From positions 205,778,001 to 205,842,000 of the forward strand of contig OZ024742.1 of NCBI GenBank assembly GCA_964016885.1: 64,000 nt of DNA, given 5' to 3'. Position 1 is the first letter of the stretch; each line of letters opens with the position of its first letter. The position numbers and the translations under genes were made by a program. Positions 51,060 through 63,615 of the stretch are shown here, piece after piece. This DNA is from Eledone cirrhosa (taxonomy: Eukaryota). A model generated the notes under the pieces. It searched no databases and had not been told where the DNA came from. It was given only the letters and a program-made list of their open reading frames with translations.

Positions 51060-52902
51060 TAAATGAACTTTCACAGAATATATTAAAGGTTTTTCTGGTA
51101 AAAACGAATTGAGTAATGATTGCATGTAAGTATGGATCTGTAACTGTTAATGGAGTCGTTGGGGTACCGTCGTGACATACGGCATGTCTAGGGAACTTTA
51201 ATCTTGACAGAGCCTATCCCCTCTTTAGAGCTGATTTCTTCAAGATGAGAGAGAGAGAGAAGAAAGGGCCTCAATGCTGAACTGGTACTTTTTTATCAAC
51301 TTTGAAAGGATGAAAGGCAAAGGTAACTAGGCCAGAATTTGAACTCAGAGGGCGCAGAGAGCTGGGACGAATACTGCAAAGCATTTTATCCAATGTTCTA
51401 ATGATTCTACTAAGTCATCACTGATTGAAGGTAATAGAAATAGTTTGAAAATAGCTTCTTCCCTCACACCAGTCCCAGATGCCTTAAAAGGGCCATAGAT
51501 ACTCCCTGACTAAAACAGTAAAAAATAAATAAATAGGTACCAGTAATATACTAATATATAATTTCAGATGGCTGTAATCTCCATTTTAAATTATTCACCT
51601 TAGAAGAATATTTCATTTAAGTTAATCTACATAAATATCACAAACATACATGATTAGTCTGTGTTTGAGCACTGTTGTCTGTTTTAGTCACCACTGCTTA
51701 GTCCATGCTTCGATATGTTGAGAATTTAGAAATGATGAGGAAAAAAATCTTGACGAAGAGTTATGGTAATATATGATCTTAAGTCCCACTAATTGATCAA
51801 TAGTAGTATTCCCCATTGGATACTAATTCTTTTGATCTCAGAGACAACAGATGGACAGCCAAGTCAACCTTCTATATTCATTTGGTTAGTGTCTTTCCTC
51901 TTTCAACAGCCCCTGTCGCCCCCCCCCCCCTATTTTCCCTTAAAGAGAAAAATAAAATGAATATCTATTTACTCCATCTAATGATTTAGTGATAGTTAAT
52001 TGAAATAGTTTGTAGCTAGTTCGTTTTGTATTCGTACTTAAAAAACACACACGCAAACAAACAAACACTAATACAAGAGGTTTTATTTACTTTGAATTTT
52101 CTGCTAAATATATTCTATTGCTAGATTAGAACCACGAAGTTCGTTAAATTTGTTTTAGGTTTTTATTGATTTGACATATAGTAACAGATTTTTCTATGAA
52201 ATTAGCGTGTTCGTGCAGTTGTTTAACGATATTAAATAATTATATTATTTTCACGTAATCCCCTTTACAGTTAATATTTCCCTTTTTTTTTCTTCCCTTT
52301 ATTTTTTCTAGATGTGGTCTATTTAATTTGTGCTTTATTTCTGTACTGCTGGAAGTATACCGATGTTTTAAAACTGTCTTTAGTTTTTCAATTTCACAAG
52401 GAATTCACAAAAAAAAAAAAAAAAAAAAATCACTTGTCTTTAAAAATTGTTGATAGAATTTTTACATTTGTTTCTTGCTTTACTCACAAAGAAATCGAAA
52501 TACAGACATAGCAACATACCCACTTACCGTTTATATTTTAAAAATCGGTATATGGTTGCAAACCCATGTCTATTGATTTATATACAAACCAGAACTGATT
52601 GCACAGTATTGAGCTATCCAATTTTAAGCAAACAACAGTAAATATTTATTGTACGTTATGTAATTTCATTTTCGCTCCATTAAAAATCACAGGCCATGTA
52701 GCTAATTTATATGTATAGAGCCGTAACTCTTCATGGAATCGTAAGGGCGCCGAAGGGACACACAGCTGTCTTGGGCATTTTAAAACTGACGAAGCCCATC
52801 CCACCTCTGGCTGACCACAGCTTATTTGAGAGAGAGAGAATCGACACTAGTACAGAGCTGGTATTTCTTTTTATCAGCCTTGGGAGGATGAAAAGCAAAG
52901 TT

Positions 52903-54816
52903 TGTAACGGAAGGTATTAGTGGTGGTTGTTAGATGAATAAACAAGAATAGCTGAATTACTTTATAAATAAAATGATTTACTTCACTTCAGCCAAAAAGA
53001 ACAATAAACAAGTTACCATGAGTTGCGAAGGTTGACAATGTTATTTTGTTGTTGGTTCATGAGGCTGGTGTAGTCTGCGACCAAGAGAGAGAGAGAGAGA
53101 TAGTAATGTTCTGTAGACCTCTGCGACATGTAGTAGGCGGCGAATCTTTCACATAGCTTGTAATAGCCTACTGCTCCGATCTCTCTGTGTGCAAACGTGG
53201 GATCATACAGGCTTTATATACCTGTCGCTTTCTGTCTCCCACCTTGAGGGATCACCCACGCATGAACCTGTCCACACCGAAAAGGATGGTGACCTAGAAT
53301 TTGACTTTTAGGCGTCACCCAAGCTTCAAGGCGTGGACAGATTTCGCTACATTAGTTCCCTACCCAGATCGATGCAGGAGCAGCGATCGATTATAAAAGG
53401 GGTAGCGAAATCTGATTCCAGAAGTTTATCCCAAAACACACAAAATGTGGGTACTGTGTCCACATTTCGAGTGCAGAGAAATTTGGAAAGAGTAAAAAAA
53501 ATAATATCGTATAACTGTGTATGCATGTGTGTGTGTAACATTTAGAAGAAACTGTAAATATACAAAGTTGTGATCATGTATTTCGAACTGATGTATATGG
53601 ATGGCTGAATGTTCGGGATTGCGGTATCAGATTACGATATGACAACACAGAGGACTATTGCTCTCGATGTATCATCATACGTAAGATTCTCTTCCAGTGA
53701 GTCGAGGTTTACGCTATGACATGAGTGTGTGCAATTTTGAGTTGCGTGCCTGAGTGAGTCCAGGTGTGTAATACCCGTGGGTTGTTTCTCATGTGTTTAT
53801 TAGCTGTTGCCGAACCTCGACCAGTTGAAAAGTGATCTCGCAGAGACCCAACCGAATCCAGAACATACCATAGACAAAAACATGTGGTGTGACAAAGAAA
53901 ATGATGTGTGTTTGATGCAAAACGTGTATGTTCATACAGGCATATAATACAGTAAAAAAAAAAAAAAAAAATGAACGTTCATATATAACCTGCAAAAAAA
54001 ATAAAAATAAAATATTTATAATTGTTCTTTACAAAAAGTTCAGTTTTCTCTTCCTTATGTGATCGTTTTCTTGCTAGGAAGCTAGTAGTATTGTCTGTTG
54101 TTGTTGTTGGAGATTACGAAGCACGCGGTGAAGTGTTTGGTAATGAATCGAAATATCAAAGCAAAGTCACTGTAAATATTCAGTAGAATGGAAGTTTGGT
54201 GAATAATTTGAAAAAGTGAAATTTTATCATATCGAACCATATAGATGAGAAGCTTGGTAAGAGAAAGTTGTTGATGTTGACAATGGAAGCCATGATCAGA
54301 AAAAAAACGTGTTGTTTTCTATTTTTAAAATACTACTTCGTATTTTTTTTTTATCACGTCGGGGTCACCAATTTAACGAAGGGTATTAGTGGTGGTTGTT
54401 AGATGAATAAACAAGAATAGCTGAATTACTTTATAAATAAAATGGTTTACTTCACTTCAGCCAAAAAGAACAATAAACAAGTTACCATGAGTTGCGAAGG
54501 TTGACAATGTTATTTTGTTGTTGGTTCATGAGGCTGGTGTAGTCTGCGACCATGAGAGAGAGAGAGAGTAATGTTCTGTAGACCTCTGCGACCTGTAGTA
54601 GGCGGAGAATCTTTCACATAGCTTGTAATAGCCTACTGCTCCGATCTCTCTGTGTGCAAACGTGGGATCATACAGGCTTTATATACCTGTCGCTTTCTGT
54701 CTCCCTCCTTGAGGGATTGCCCACGCATGATCCTGTCCACACCGAAAAGGATGGTGACCTAGAATTTGACTTTTATGTGTCACCCAAGGTTCAAGGCGTG
54801 GACAGATTTCGCTACA
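52903..54816 (-). mobile_element. Non-autonomous LTR retrotransposon (TRIM/LARD-like), inserted in a SINE
   Basis: LTRs of about 445 bp at 52903-53351 and 54372-54816 (minus strand TGTAGCG...GTTACA). PBS TGGTGACCCCGACGTGAT at 54353-54370 (minus) and PPT-like GGGTAGGGAACTAA before the 3' LTR. About 1 kb non-coding interior. Splits the SINE core GGATGAAAAGCAAAGTT | (ATT)AACCTCAGCGGGATTTGAAC. Confidence 0.9.
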
Positions 54817-55440
54817 ATTAACCTCAGCGGGATTTGAACTAAGAGAACCGGAACGAATATCACAAAGCGTTCTAACCGACGTCCTAACAATTCTGTGGCT
54901 TACATGAGAAATCAATATTTACAGACGATCTAAAGGTCACATGACGTTGATTACATCAGCTTGTAGAAAGACACTTCAAACACACACCATGTGTTAATGG
55001 ATGGTTGAACACAGAACAGTCACCCAATCCTCTTGAGTTAATGAATGTTTACCATTGCTTCATCAGTTCTACCACATTCTCAAATCCACTAGACTCTATC
55101 CATATCTATTCTGTCCTATTGTTCTCTTAACGTAACATCTGCTCCAAGCTCTATTTAAGATTTGTTTACTCTTCATTGATGATTTTACTTTTGGATTATC
55201 TGATTACCCAATAGTCAAATATTTTTTCGTCCCAAACATTCGCGGAATTAATTCACAGTTTAATACATGATGTTAGGAAGCAGAATGTGTTGTTATGATG
55301 GAATACATCATAGAATGGAAATATAACCACAAATATTAAATGTTATCGATAGGAACCTCACAAATTTAACGCACCAAAATATACGAGAAGTGCGAGAGAA
55401 ATAAATAAAAACAAATGGAAACATAAAAACAAAACAAAAC

Positions 55441-57069
55441 CGACCAGGCTGGCTGCCAAGGTGGTCTGCAGGTCCATAACACCCTAACTAGGTGAGGAGT
55501 TAAGTTCGGTGCAACTGGGTGTCGGCGTGTCCGGTGGATGTGAGGGGGCCGCACATGCAACCAGGCAGTTCTTCAACAGCTGCTCACCGGAACCGGCATC
55601 CAGGCATCTCATTGTCAAGCTTGAGGAATGCCTTTAAATGCATACGCTGGGACCACCTGCTTGAGGCCTGCTTCAGCCGAGCCCCCTCTGACTACCCGCT
55701 GGCCTACCTGTCGTATGGGGATCCGAGCATTCGCCTTGCTGCTGATACGGTCATACCTTCGGCCACGGGTCCAGCAGGGCGACCCTTTGGGCCCCCTCCT
55801 GTTTGCTCTTGGTATAGACCACATTGCCCGGAGTATCACGGCCCCTCTCAACGTTTTGTATCTGGATGATGCTACGTTGGGCGGGCCCGTAGAGACTGTC
55901 TGCCATGACCTACAATCGGTGGTTCCTGCCCTGGTGGGAATCGGTCTCCAGGTCAACTCGTCCAAGTCGGAGGTGGTGAATGTCAGCCACGATGCTGAGA
56001 GCTTTGCAGCCTCCGTCTCGGGCGTGCGGTCCATTCTCCACCAGGCCACTTTACCTGTCAGGTATGGCGGCCTTGGCCTCCGGTCCCTGATCTCACTGGC
56101 TTTCCCGGCGCTTTCGTCGGTAACCTCATGCCACATTCCTCGTCAGCAGGGCTCTCCAAAACACAATGGAACCCTTTGTGATCAGGAAACGTGAGGCCGC
56201 CTGTGAGACGTGGGACCGGCTGGGACTTAGCCCAGTAGATATCCCTCCTTCTCCCCCCCCCCCCCCTGCTGACGTCAAGTCCCCCCAGAACATTTGGGAT
56301 GCCATCCAGTGCAGCCTGGCTTCAGACAGGCTCACGTGCCAGCTCGACCAGCACCGCCTTACCTGTTTTCGTGCTGCCTCCAAACCCCACAGTGGTGCCT
56401 GGCTCCATACCTTGCCCTCCTTCCCCACTAGCACGCAGCTGGATAACAATAGCCTGCGCATCGGCGTTTCCTTGAGGCTTGGCCTCCGGATCTGCGAGCC
56501 ACACCAATGTCGCTGTGGATCCACTGTGGACTCTTTCGGCCTCCACCCGCTTTCCTGTCGCCACAGTGCCGGCCGCCTTCCACGCCATGCTGCCCTCAAC
56601 GAGGTCATAAAGCATGGCTTGGACGCTGCAGGCTTCCCTTCCCAGCTCGAGCTGGTGGGGATGGACCGAGGGGACGGCAAAAAGCCAGATGGCATGACCA
56701 TCTACCTGTTCCGCGGTGGAAAACCCCTCATCTGTGATGCCACTTGCACCGATACTTTCTCCAGCCGCAACCTGGTGCAGTCTGTGACTAACCCAGGTTC
56801 TGCTGCACGTCGGGCTGAGGAGGCCAAACTCTTCAAATACCGGTCGCTCTCCGACAGGTTTGCGGTTGTACTCTTGGCAGTAGGAGACTTCTGGGGTCCT
56901 CGGCCCTAGGACTACCTCCCTACTCATCATCATAGGCGCTGAGCTGGCCAGCCGCAGGTGTGAGCGCCGCAAGTTGGAATGGCTTTTCCAGCGCGTCTCC
57001 CTTGCCGTCTTCCGGGGAAACGCCTTCTCCATTCTGTCCGCCGGGGCTGTGAGGAAGCCACCAGTATGA
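55441..57069 (+). mobile_element. CRE-clade RLE retrotransposon, 5'-truncated and internally deleted
   Basis: RLAAKV, VQLGVGVSGGCEGAAHA, VQQGDPLGPLLFAL, YLDDATLGG, QATLPVRYGGLGLR, CRCG...HPLSC, RHAALNEVIK...GDGKKPDGMT, CDATC, GNAFSIL. Confidence 0.9.
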
Positions 57070-57699
57070 TTGACTGACCTGTCAGTTTATCAGTCAGATG
57101 TTAAACCGTTTGCTGTTTTAACAGCTTCCTTGCGTTGAGTTCGCAATTCGTATAAAATCAACGTTTGTCACGAGTTTTTAAATTTACGTCTCATAAATAC
57201 ATCGGCGATAGTGTCTTCACATTGTGTTGCCATTCACTACTGATAGTTGAGAGAAATAGCTTCGAATTTTACCATATCAAAGAAGATGTCCAGGATTGAT
57301 CGATTTTTTTATGTTCGGCTACACATTTGTCATTTATCTCAAACCACTTTCGTTTGTAGGTACCCATCGTAACAATATTCGTTCACATTCATCCACACAG
57401 ACTCATGTTTTTCTTTTTTGTTATTATTTTTTATGTTTTTAATTTGTGTTCATAAACAAGAGGCGTAGCTGGTACTTCGCTTCGTCGCTATTCAGAGTTC
57501 TCCGTTCTTTGCGTTTGTTCAGGCAATGTAACACGGTATTTCATATATTAATTCATTGAATAGCTGGACCCGTGAAAAAATTCACGGATATTTTTTGAAA
57601 TTTAAATATTGTTCAATGAATATTTATCAGTTAATCAAAGTTGTTTGATTTGCAGTATTTTGGTGAATAAACAATTATATTTTCCTTTATTTTATGTAT

Positions 57700-57885
57700 A
57701 ATAATTGTTTCTACTTTTGGCACAAGGCCAGCAATTATCCCAGTGTATTACTGGTACTTTATTTTATCGACCCTGTAAGGATGAAAGGCAAAGTTAACCT
57801 CGGCGGGATTTGAACTCAGAATGGCAAGGGCCATAACTCTATGCGTCAAAGCATGGTGTCCGATCCTCTACCGATACTGCCAAAT
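57700..57885 (-). mobile_element. SINE family A copy within the Helitron 3' region
   Basis: Matches the in-window family consensus. Confidence 0.88.
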
Positions 57886-57935
57886 GTAAGTTTATTTAAA
57901 ATTAATTTCATAAAAGTACACATAAAAAACATCCT

Positions 57936-58234
57936 TTAAAGCACTTCTATATATACAATGTTTCTAGTAAAGGTGATTCCCCTTCTGCGGCCATGGGTGG
58001 ATTCGTTTTGAGGTATCACTTTAACTCTCAAAGGCTGCTCTTCAATTATGGCATTTCGTCGCTGTTGAACTCTGTTTCTCATATTCTCTAGATAAAATTC
58101 TCTCTCCTCTGGATTCTTGTCATTTCTTCTCTCGTGATCTCTGTTTCTCCTATTCTGTAGATAAGTTTCTCTCTCTTCTGGATTCATGTTATTTCTTCGC
58201 TCTTGAACTCTGTTTCTATTATTCTGTAGATAAG
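57936..58234 (-). pseudogene. C-terminal part of the STPR-like 23-aa repeat ORF, fused to a Helitron helicase tail
   Basis: LQNNRNRVQERRNNMNPEERETYLQNRRN...LRVKVIP...TRNIVYIEVL*; in frame with 63616-64000 once the Gypsy element and one TAAG are removed. Confidence 0.65.
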
Positions 58235-59025
58235 AATGTAGTGGCTGAGATGGTCGCTTGGTAGCTAGCAGTTGCCTCCCCTTAACAACCCTTCAGGGAA
58301 GGGAGGCAAAAATACACCCGGACACAGCCACAGGTTCACACACTCTTTTTGGACCACGGACATGAACAGACGTGGAAAGACCCGCTCCTCAAAATATTGA
58401 CGTTGTAGGAAATTTACTAAATTATTGCATTAAATAAAATGATTGTTAGACTTGATTGTGCATTTATTTATTCGACAAAGAGAAACATCACTTTTCTTTA
58501 TTGGCGACCCTGACGATAAAGAATGAAAACGCAGCCTATTGGAGTCCGAAATTCTTTTTAACGGCAATGTGGAATGGCTTAACATTTGGAATGTCCGAAT
58601 CACTTAGCGTAAGTCCATAAAATTCATTATATTCCATTTGTTATAGCACGCATACAGACAAACACAAAAATACAACACACAACACAAAAAAAAAAAAAAA
58701 AAAAAAAAGGATTTCTCTGGAAATAGAATTTTGCTTCCAACATTCTGTGGAAATTACAAATGGAGATATTTCGTTTTCCCGCGTTCAGCCTGTCTTCTCC
58801 AATCCCAGCCATCTGATTGGCTGCATCGTGCCTCATGACACGGACACATTTTTAAATCAGCCATCTTGGATTATCTTACCATCAATTTTCATGGAAAATG
58901 ATTTTTTTTTATTATTAAAATTTTCTTTGGAATATTTTTTTTTAAAGAAAAAAATTACCAGCAATCAGCAGCAACACCTGGCTAACTATTGACCAACACC
59001 AAAAAGTCATCAAATACGTGGCACC

Positions 59026-59811
59026 ATGAGTCAACATCATTTGCCGTCCTTCGCAGGCGACATCAAGTTGTGGTTTGCGCAGCTGGAATGTTTCTTCGAA
59101 TTGACGAGGACAAAGGAACAGCATAGGCTGAAGGTCCTGATCAATGGCCTACCTGTTTCCTTGGCATTCTCGGTGAGGGACGTTGTGACGGATTTAGACG
59201 CCGACGTTACCTACGGCTCATTAAAAAAAGAAATCCTTCGCCGAAATACCAAGTCGGTAGAGAGCCGTTTTCGGGAGTTGTTGGACGATGCTCAAATGGG
59301 TGACAGGAAGCCGAGCTCCTATTTGCGACATTTGCGGGAGTTGAGCGACTCTCAGGGGATTGACACCCCCTTCATAAAGCAACTTTTTTTCTCACGCTTA
59401 CCACCAAGTGCGCAAAGAATATTGGTCAATAGTTTAGAGAAGGATTCATTAGAGCAACTTGCCGCGTCCGCGGATAGGATACTTGAGGTGGACTCGAACA
59501 GCAATCAGCATAATGCTTATGTGGCTTCAGCTTGCGTCCCTCCACGCAGTTCTTCTGTGGCCGACGGCAAACTGTTGGAGTTGATTGAAGCTCTCACCAA
59601 AAAGGTAGAGGATTTGACGGTACATCAGAGAGAGCCTTCTCAACGTTTGAGGTATCGTTCGCCGCTGTCCTCTATTCATCGCCAGCACTACAACGCAGGC
59701 AACAATAATTCTTCGTTGTGTTGGTACCATGCTAACTTCGGCAGTAGGGCGCAACGTTGTCGCACGCCCTGTGATTATAAGAGATCGGGAAACGCAAAGC
59801 AGAGCCACTAG
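59026..59811 (+). CDS. gag: Gypsy Gag (261 aa)
   Basis: LPSF...WFAQLE N-terminus, [15 protein letters not shown], and [18 protein letters not shown] knuckle typical of this Gypsy lineage. Confidence 0.92.
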   Translation: MSQHHLPSFAGDIKLWFAQLECFFELTRTKEQHRLKVLINGLPVSLAFSVRDVVTDLDADVTYGSLKKEILRRNTKSVESRFRELLDDAQMGDRKPSSYLRHLRELSDSQGIDTPFIKQLFFSRLPPSAQRILVNSLEKDSLEQLAASADRILEVDSNSNQHNAYVASACVPPRSSSVADGKLLELIEALTKKVEDLTVHQREPSQRLRYRSPLSSIHRQHYNAGNNNSSLCWYHANFGSRAQRCRTPCDYKRSGNAKQSH

Positions 59812-62800
59812 AAGCGGCTAGTGAACTCTGGGAAAACCGACCGAACCGCCATCTTTTCGTATACGACCTGCGGTCAAAAAAATATTTCCTTGTCGATACT
59901 GGCGCGTCGCTGAGTATTTGGCCTGTCAGTTATCTCAAAAAAAGCCCAGCCGAAGCAGATATAAATCTACGAGCAGTCAATCACACGGCCATTCGAACGT
60001 ATGGGCAAATTTCGCTTCCGCTTCGGTTAAAAAATTTGCGGCGTGATTTGAGGTGGAAGTTTACTGTCGCCGACTTGCCATACGCCATTTTGGGAGCGGA
60101 TTTTCTCCACCATTTTTCCTTGTTGGTGGACATTCGCAGACAACGCCTTGTTGATTCTGAAACAGGCCTTTCTTTCGAGGGTTCAGAGCCGGACGTCGCC
60201 ACCGTCAGCCCTTCCTTTTTCTTGGCTGAAGTGGGCAACCAGTATCAAAGCCTGCTACATTCATTCCCTCAGTTGACGCAGGGAAAGTTAAGAATAACTA
60301 GCCCGGATCATGCGATTGAACACTTCATATCCACTACAGGTCCACCTGTTTTCTCACGTCCTCGAATATTGTCTACAGAGAAGTTGAAAGCTGCACGCCT
60401 TGAATTCGACCACATGCTGGAATTGGGAATAATTCGGCGCTCCACAAGTCCTTGGGCATCGCCTCTGCATATGGTACCTAGATCTTCTGGGGATTGGAGA
60501 CCGACGGGTGACTACCGACGCTTAAACGCGATTACTGTGCCTGACCGTTATCCAATCCCGCATTTGCAGGATTTTGCGTCGTCATTGCAGGGTTGCAGAA
60601 TCTTTTAAAGCTTGATTTGATCCGCGCTTATAACCAAATTCCGGTTAACGAGGAGGATATCCCAAAGACTGCTATTGCCACTCCTTTCGGATCGTTCGAG
60701 TTCCTCACTATGCCTTTCGGCCTTAGAAACGCTGCAAGTACCTTCCAACGATTTATGGATGATATTACTCGGGGCCTGGATTTTGTGTACACGTATATCG
60801 ACGACGTGTTGATTGCTAGTTCTTCCCCTCAGCAGCATTCAAAGCATCTGGATCTCGTATTTCGACGCTTACAGAGATATAATGTTCGAATTAATGCTTC
60901 CAAGTGTGTTTTCGGCTCGACTTCACTAACATTTTTAGGCCATCTGATTGACGCCGACGGTATTCGACCTCTTCCTGAGAAGGTTAAGGCAGTATCGGAT
61001 TTGCCTCCGCCAAGTTCACTGCGTCAATTGCGTCAATTCCTGGGCCTTGTAAATTTTTATAGGCGATTCGTACCTGGTTGTTCCAAATTGCTGTTCTCGT
61101 TGACAGAGATTTTTAAGGGTTGCCGGCGTAAGAATATGGACATTTCCTTAAATGAAACGCAGCTTGATGATTTTAAAAAAGTGAAAAAGGCGTTAGCAAA
61201 CGCGTCTTTGCTCGTCCACCCAGTACCCAACGCCGAGCTATCGCTCTGTGTTGATGCTTCGGATAGCGCCGTGGGCGCAGTCTTACAGCAGAAGGGTGAT
61301 GGGGTACAGCAACCACTCGAGTTCTTTTCGAGGAAGTTAAAGCCTGCAGAAACTCGCTATAGCACCTTTGGAAGGGAGCTATTAGCAATTTATTTATCAG
61401 TGAAACATTTTGCTCATGTACTTGAAGGTAGAACATTCACCATTTTCACTGATCATAAACCCTTGACGTTTGCTCTTCGAACTAAGGCAGACAAATACTC
61501 GCCCAGAGAAACGAGACATCTGGACTTCATCTCACAGTTCACGAACGACATTCAACATATTCCGGGTTCTTTGAATACAGCGGCCGATGCGCTGTCTCGC
61601 CTGCCGATCGCATCGATTTCGTCTTCCGAGGAGATAGATTTACATCGAATGGCAGCTGCCCAACCCACTCTCGAATCGTTGGATGTTACATCGCCAGAGT
61701 TTGTACATTGCAAACTGAAATACATTCCGATCTCAACTGCTGACGGACAGATACTGTGTGATGTTTCGTTGGACTCACCACGACCTCTAGTCCCAGTGGA
61801 ACATCGACGAACTGCGTTTCTCGCTTTACATGGCATTTCTCACCCAGGAGTATCAGCCTCAGTAAAACTCATAACAGCCAGATTTTTCTGGCCTGGTATG
61901 AGACGTGACATTGCTGCTTGGTGTCGTTCCTGTGTCGCTTGCCAACAAGCGAAAGTTCATAGACATGTTAAGGCTCCTCTCGGAACCTTCACCTGCCCCG
62001 ATGCAAGATTTCGTCACATTCATGTGGACATCGTCGGCCCGTGGCCGGTTAGTCGTGGTTTTTCGTATCTTTTGACGATTGTTGACCGTTTTTCGCGTTG
62101 GCCTGAAGCCGTCCCTATAACAGATATCACCGCCGAAACCACAGCCCGTACCCTCGTATCTTCGTGGATCGCTCGTTTCGGTGTACCAACCACCATAACA
62201 ACGGATCGTGGTCGTCAATTCGAGTCTAACCTCTTCCGAGAGCTAACTCAAATCCTGGGGGCTATTCGAATAAGAATCACGGCTTACCACCCAGCCTCAA
62301 ACGGAATGGTGGAAAGATTCCACAGGCAGCTCAAAGCCTCCTTAAGGGCTTCCATGGACTCTTCACGTTGGAGCGAGTACCTACCCATTGTATTGTTGGG
62401 TATTCGGTCGACGGTAAAGGTGGACCTTGGGTTCTCCTCTGCCGAATTAGTTTATGGTACGCCTCTGACGTTACCGGGGCAAATGCTGGCCCCTTTTGAC
62501 CTGACTTCGCAGGACCCCGCTTCCTACGTGTCCCGGCTTCACTCTTATTTCAAGGATCTACCACCGATGGGCACTAGGAAGCAGACTGTAAAAACTGCCG
62601 TCCCAAGGGATATTGCCTTGTGGACCCATGTGTTCGTTAGAGACGACGCCGTGAGACCCCCTCTTCAACGGCCGTACTCTGGACCCTATCGTGTGCTTGC
62701 TCGCACAGACAAACATTTCACACTGGACATTCGGGGTTCCAGGGAAACGGTTTCCGTTGATCGTCTCAAACGAGCAAACCTGGACAATGACACAATGACA

Positions 62801-62941
62801 CTTGAAACTCAAATGCCCCCCTCTTTTTCTTTGGCACACAGGCCTATTTCTTCCCCTCCCCCACCATCAACACACAGAACTACGACCCGTTCTGGGCGAA
62901 GGGTGCATTGGCCCCGTAAGCTATGCAGTAATATAAACTGA
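59790..62941 (+). CDS. pol: Gypsy Pol (protease, RT, RNase H, integrase), entered by a probable -1 frameshift; one 1-nt deletion at about 60607
   Basis: FLVDTGA and ILGADFL (PR); [28 protein letters not shown] (RT); DAS, ELLAI, TDHKPL, ADALSR (RH); H-H-C-C, HVD, TDRG, VERFH, GPY (IN). Confidence 0.93.
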
Positions 62942-63615
62942 ATTATATATATATATTTTTTTTTTGTTTTGTTTTGTTATTTTTTTCCTTCCAATTGTTT
63001 TTGTTGTACATTGCATTTTGTTACTTATGGATTCTTGACTGCCTACGGCAGTGTCAATATATTATATTTTGCGTAACATTACGACTGTTGTCAATTCTGA
63101 CACAGTCCTTTTTTTTTGGTGCATTTTTATAACTATGCTACATATGGCATTTTCATTGCCTAGCAAAACATTTTTTTTCTTGTTTATCGCATCTGGGGCC
63201 CCTTTATTGCGAAGAGTGTTATCTTTTCATGCATTTTGCATCTTTTACTGTACGTTTTTTTTTTTTGTTGATACATTCTTCTACATTTTGTAAACTACCT
63301 TCGCTTCATTGTTAACGATTTTGCGACAAAAAATCTGCTCCGAGGTGAATGTAGTGGCTGAGATGGTCGCTTGGTAGCTAGCAGTTGCCTCCCCTTAACA
63401 ACCTTTCAGGGAAGGGAGGCAAAAATACACCCGGACACAGCCACAGGTTCACACACTCTTTTTGGACCACGGACATGAACAGACGTGGAAAGACCCGCTC
63501 CTCAAAATATTGACGTTGTAGGAAATTTACTAAATTATTGCATTAAATAAAATGATTGTTAGACTTGATTGTGCATTTATTTATTCGACAAAGAGAAACA
63601 TCACTTTTCTTTAAG

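Larger units (their letters stand above)
58235..63611 (+). mobile_element. Young full-length Ty3/Gypsy LTR retrotransposon
   Basis: 264-bp LTRs (58235-58498, 63348-63611) with one visible mismatch (58291 C vs 63404 T). TAAG duplicated at 58231-58234 and 63612-63615. PBS TGGCGACCCTGACG at 58502. Domain order gag, PR-RT-RH-IN. Confidence 0.97.

Noticed and set aside
56322-57032. 236-aa minus-strand ORF and similar ORFs opposite the CRE and Gypsy elements
   Set aside because: Antisense to recognisable retrotransposon coding sequence.
62942-63347. env gene or chromodomain in the Gypsy element
   Set aside because: The 3' UTR is only about 400 bp and T-rich, and the integrase ends without a chromodomain motif.
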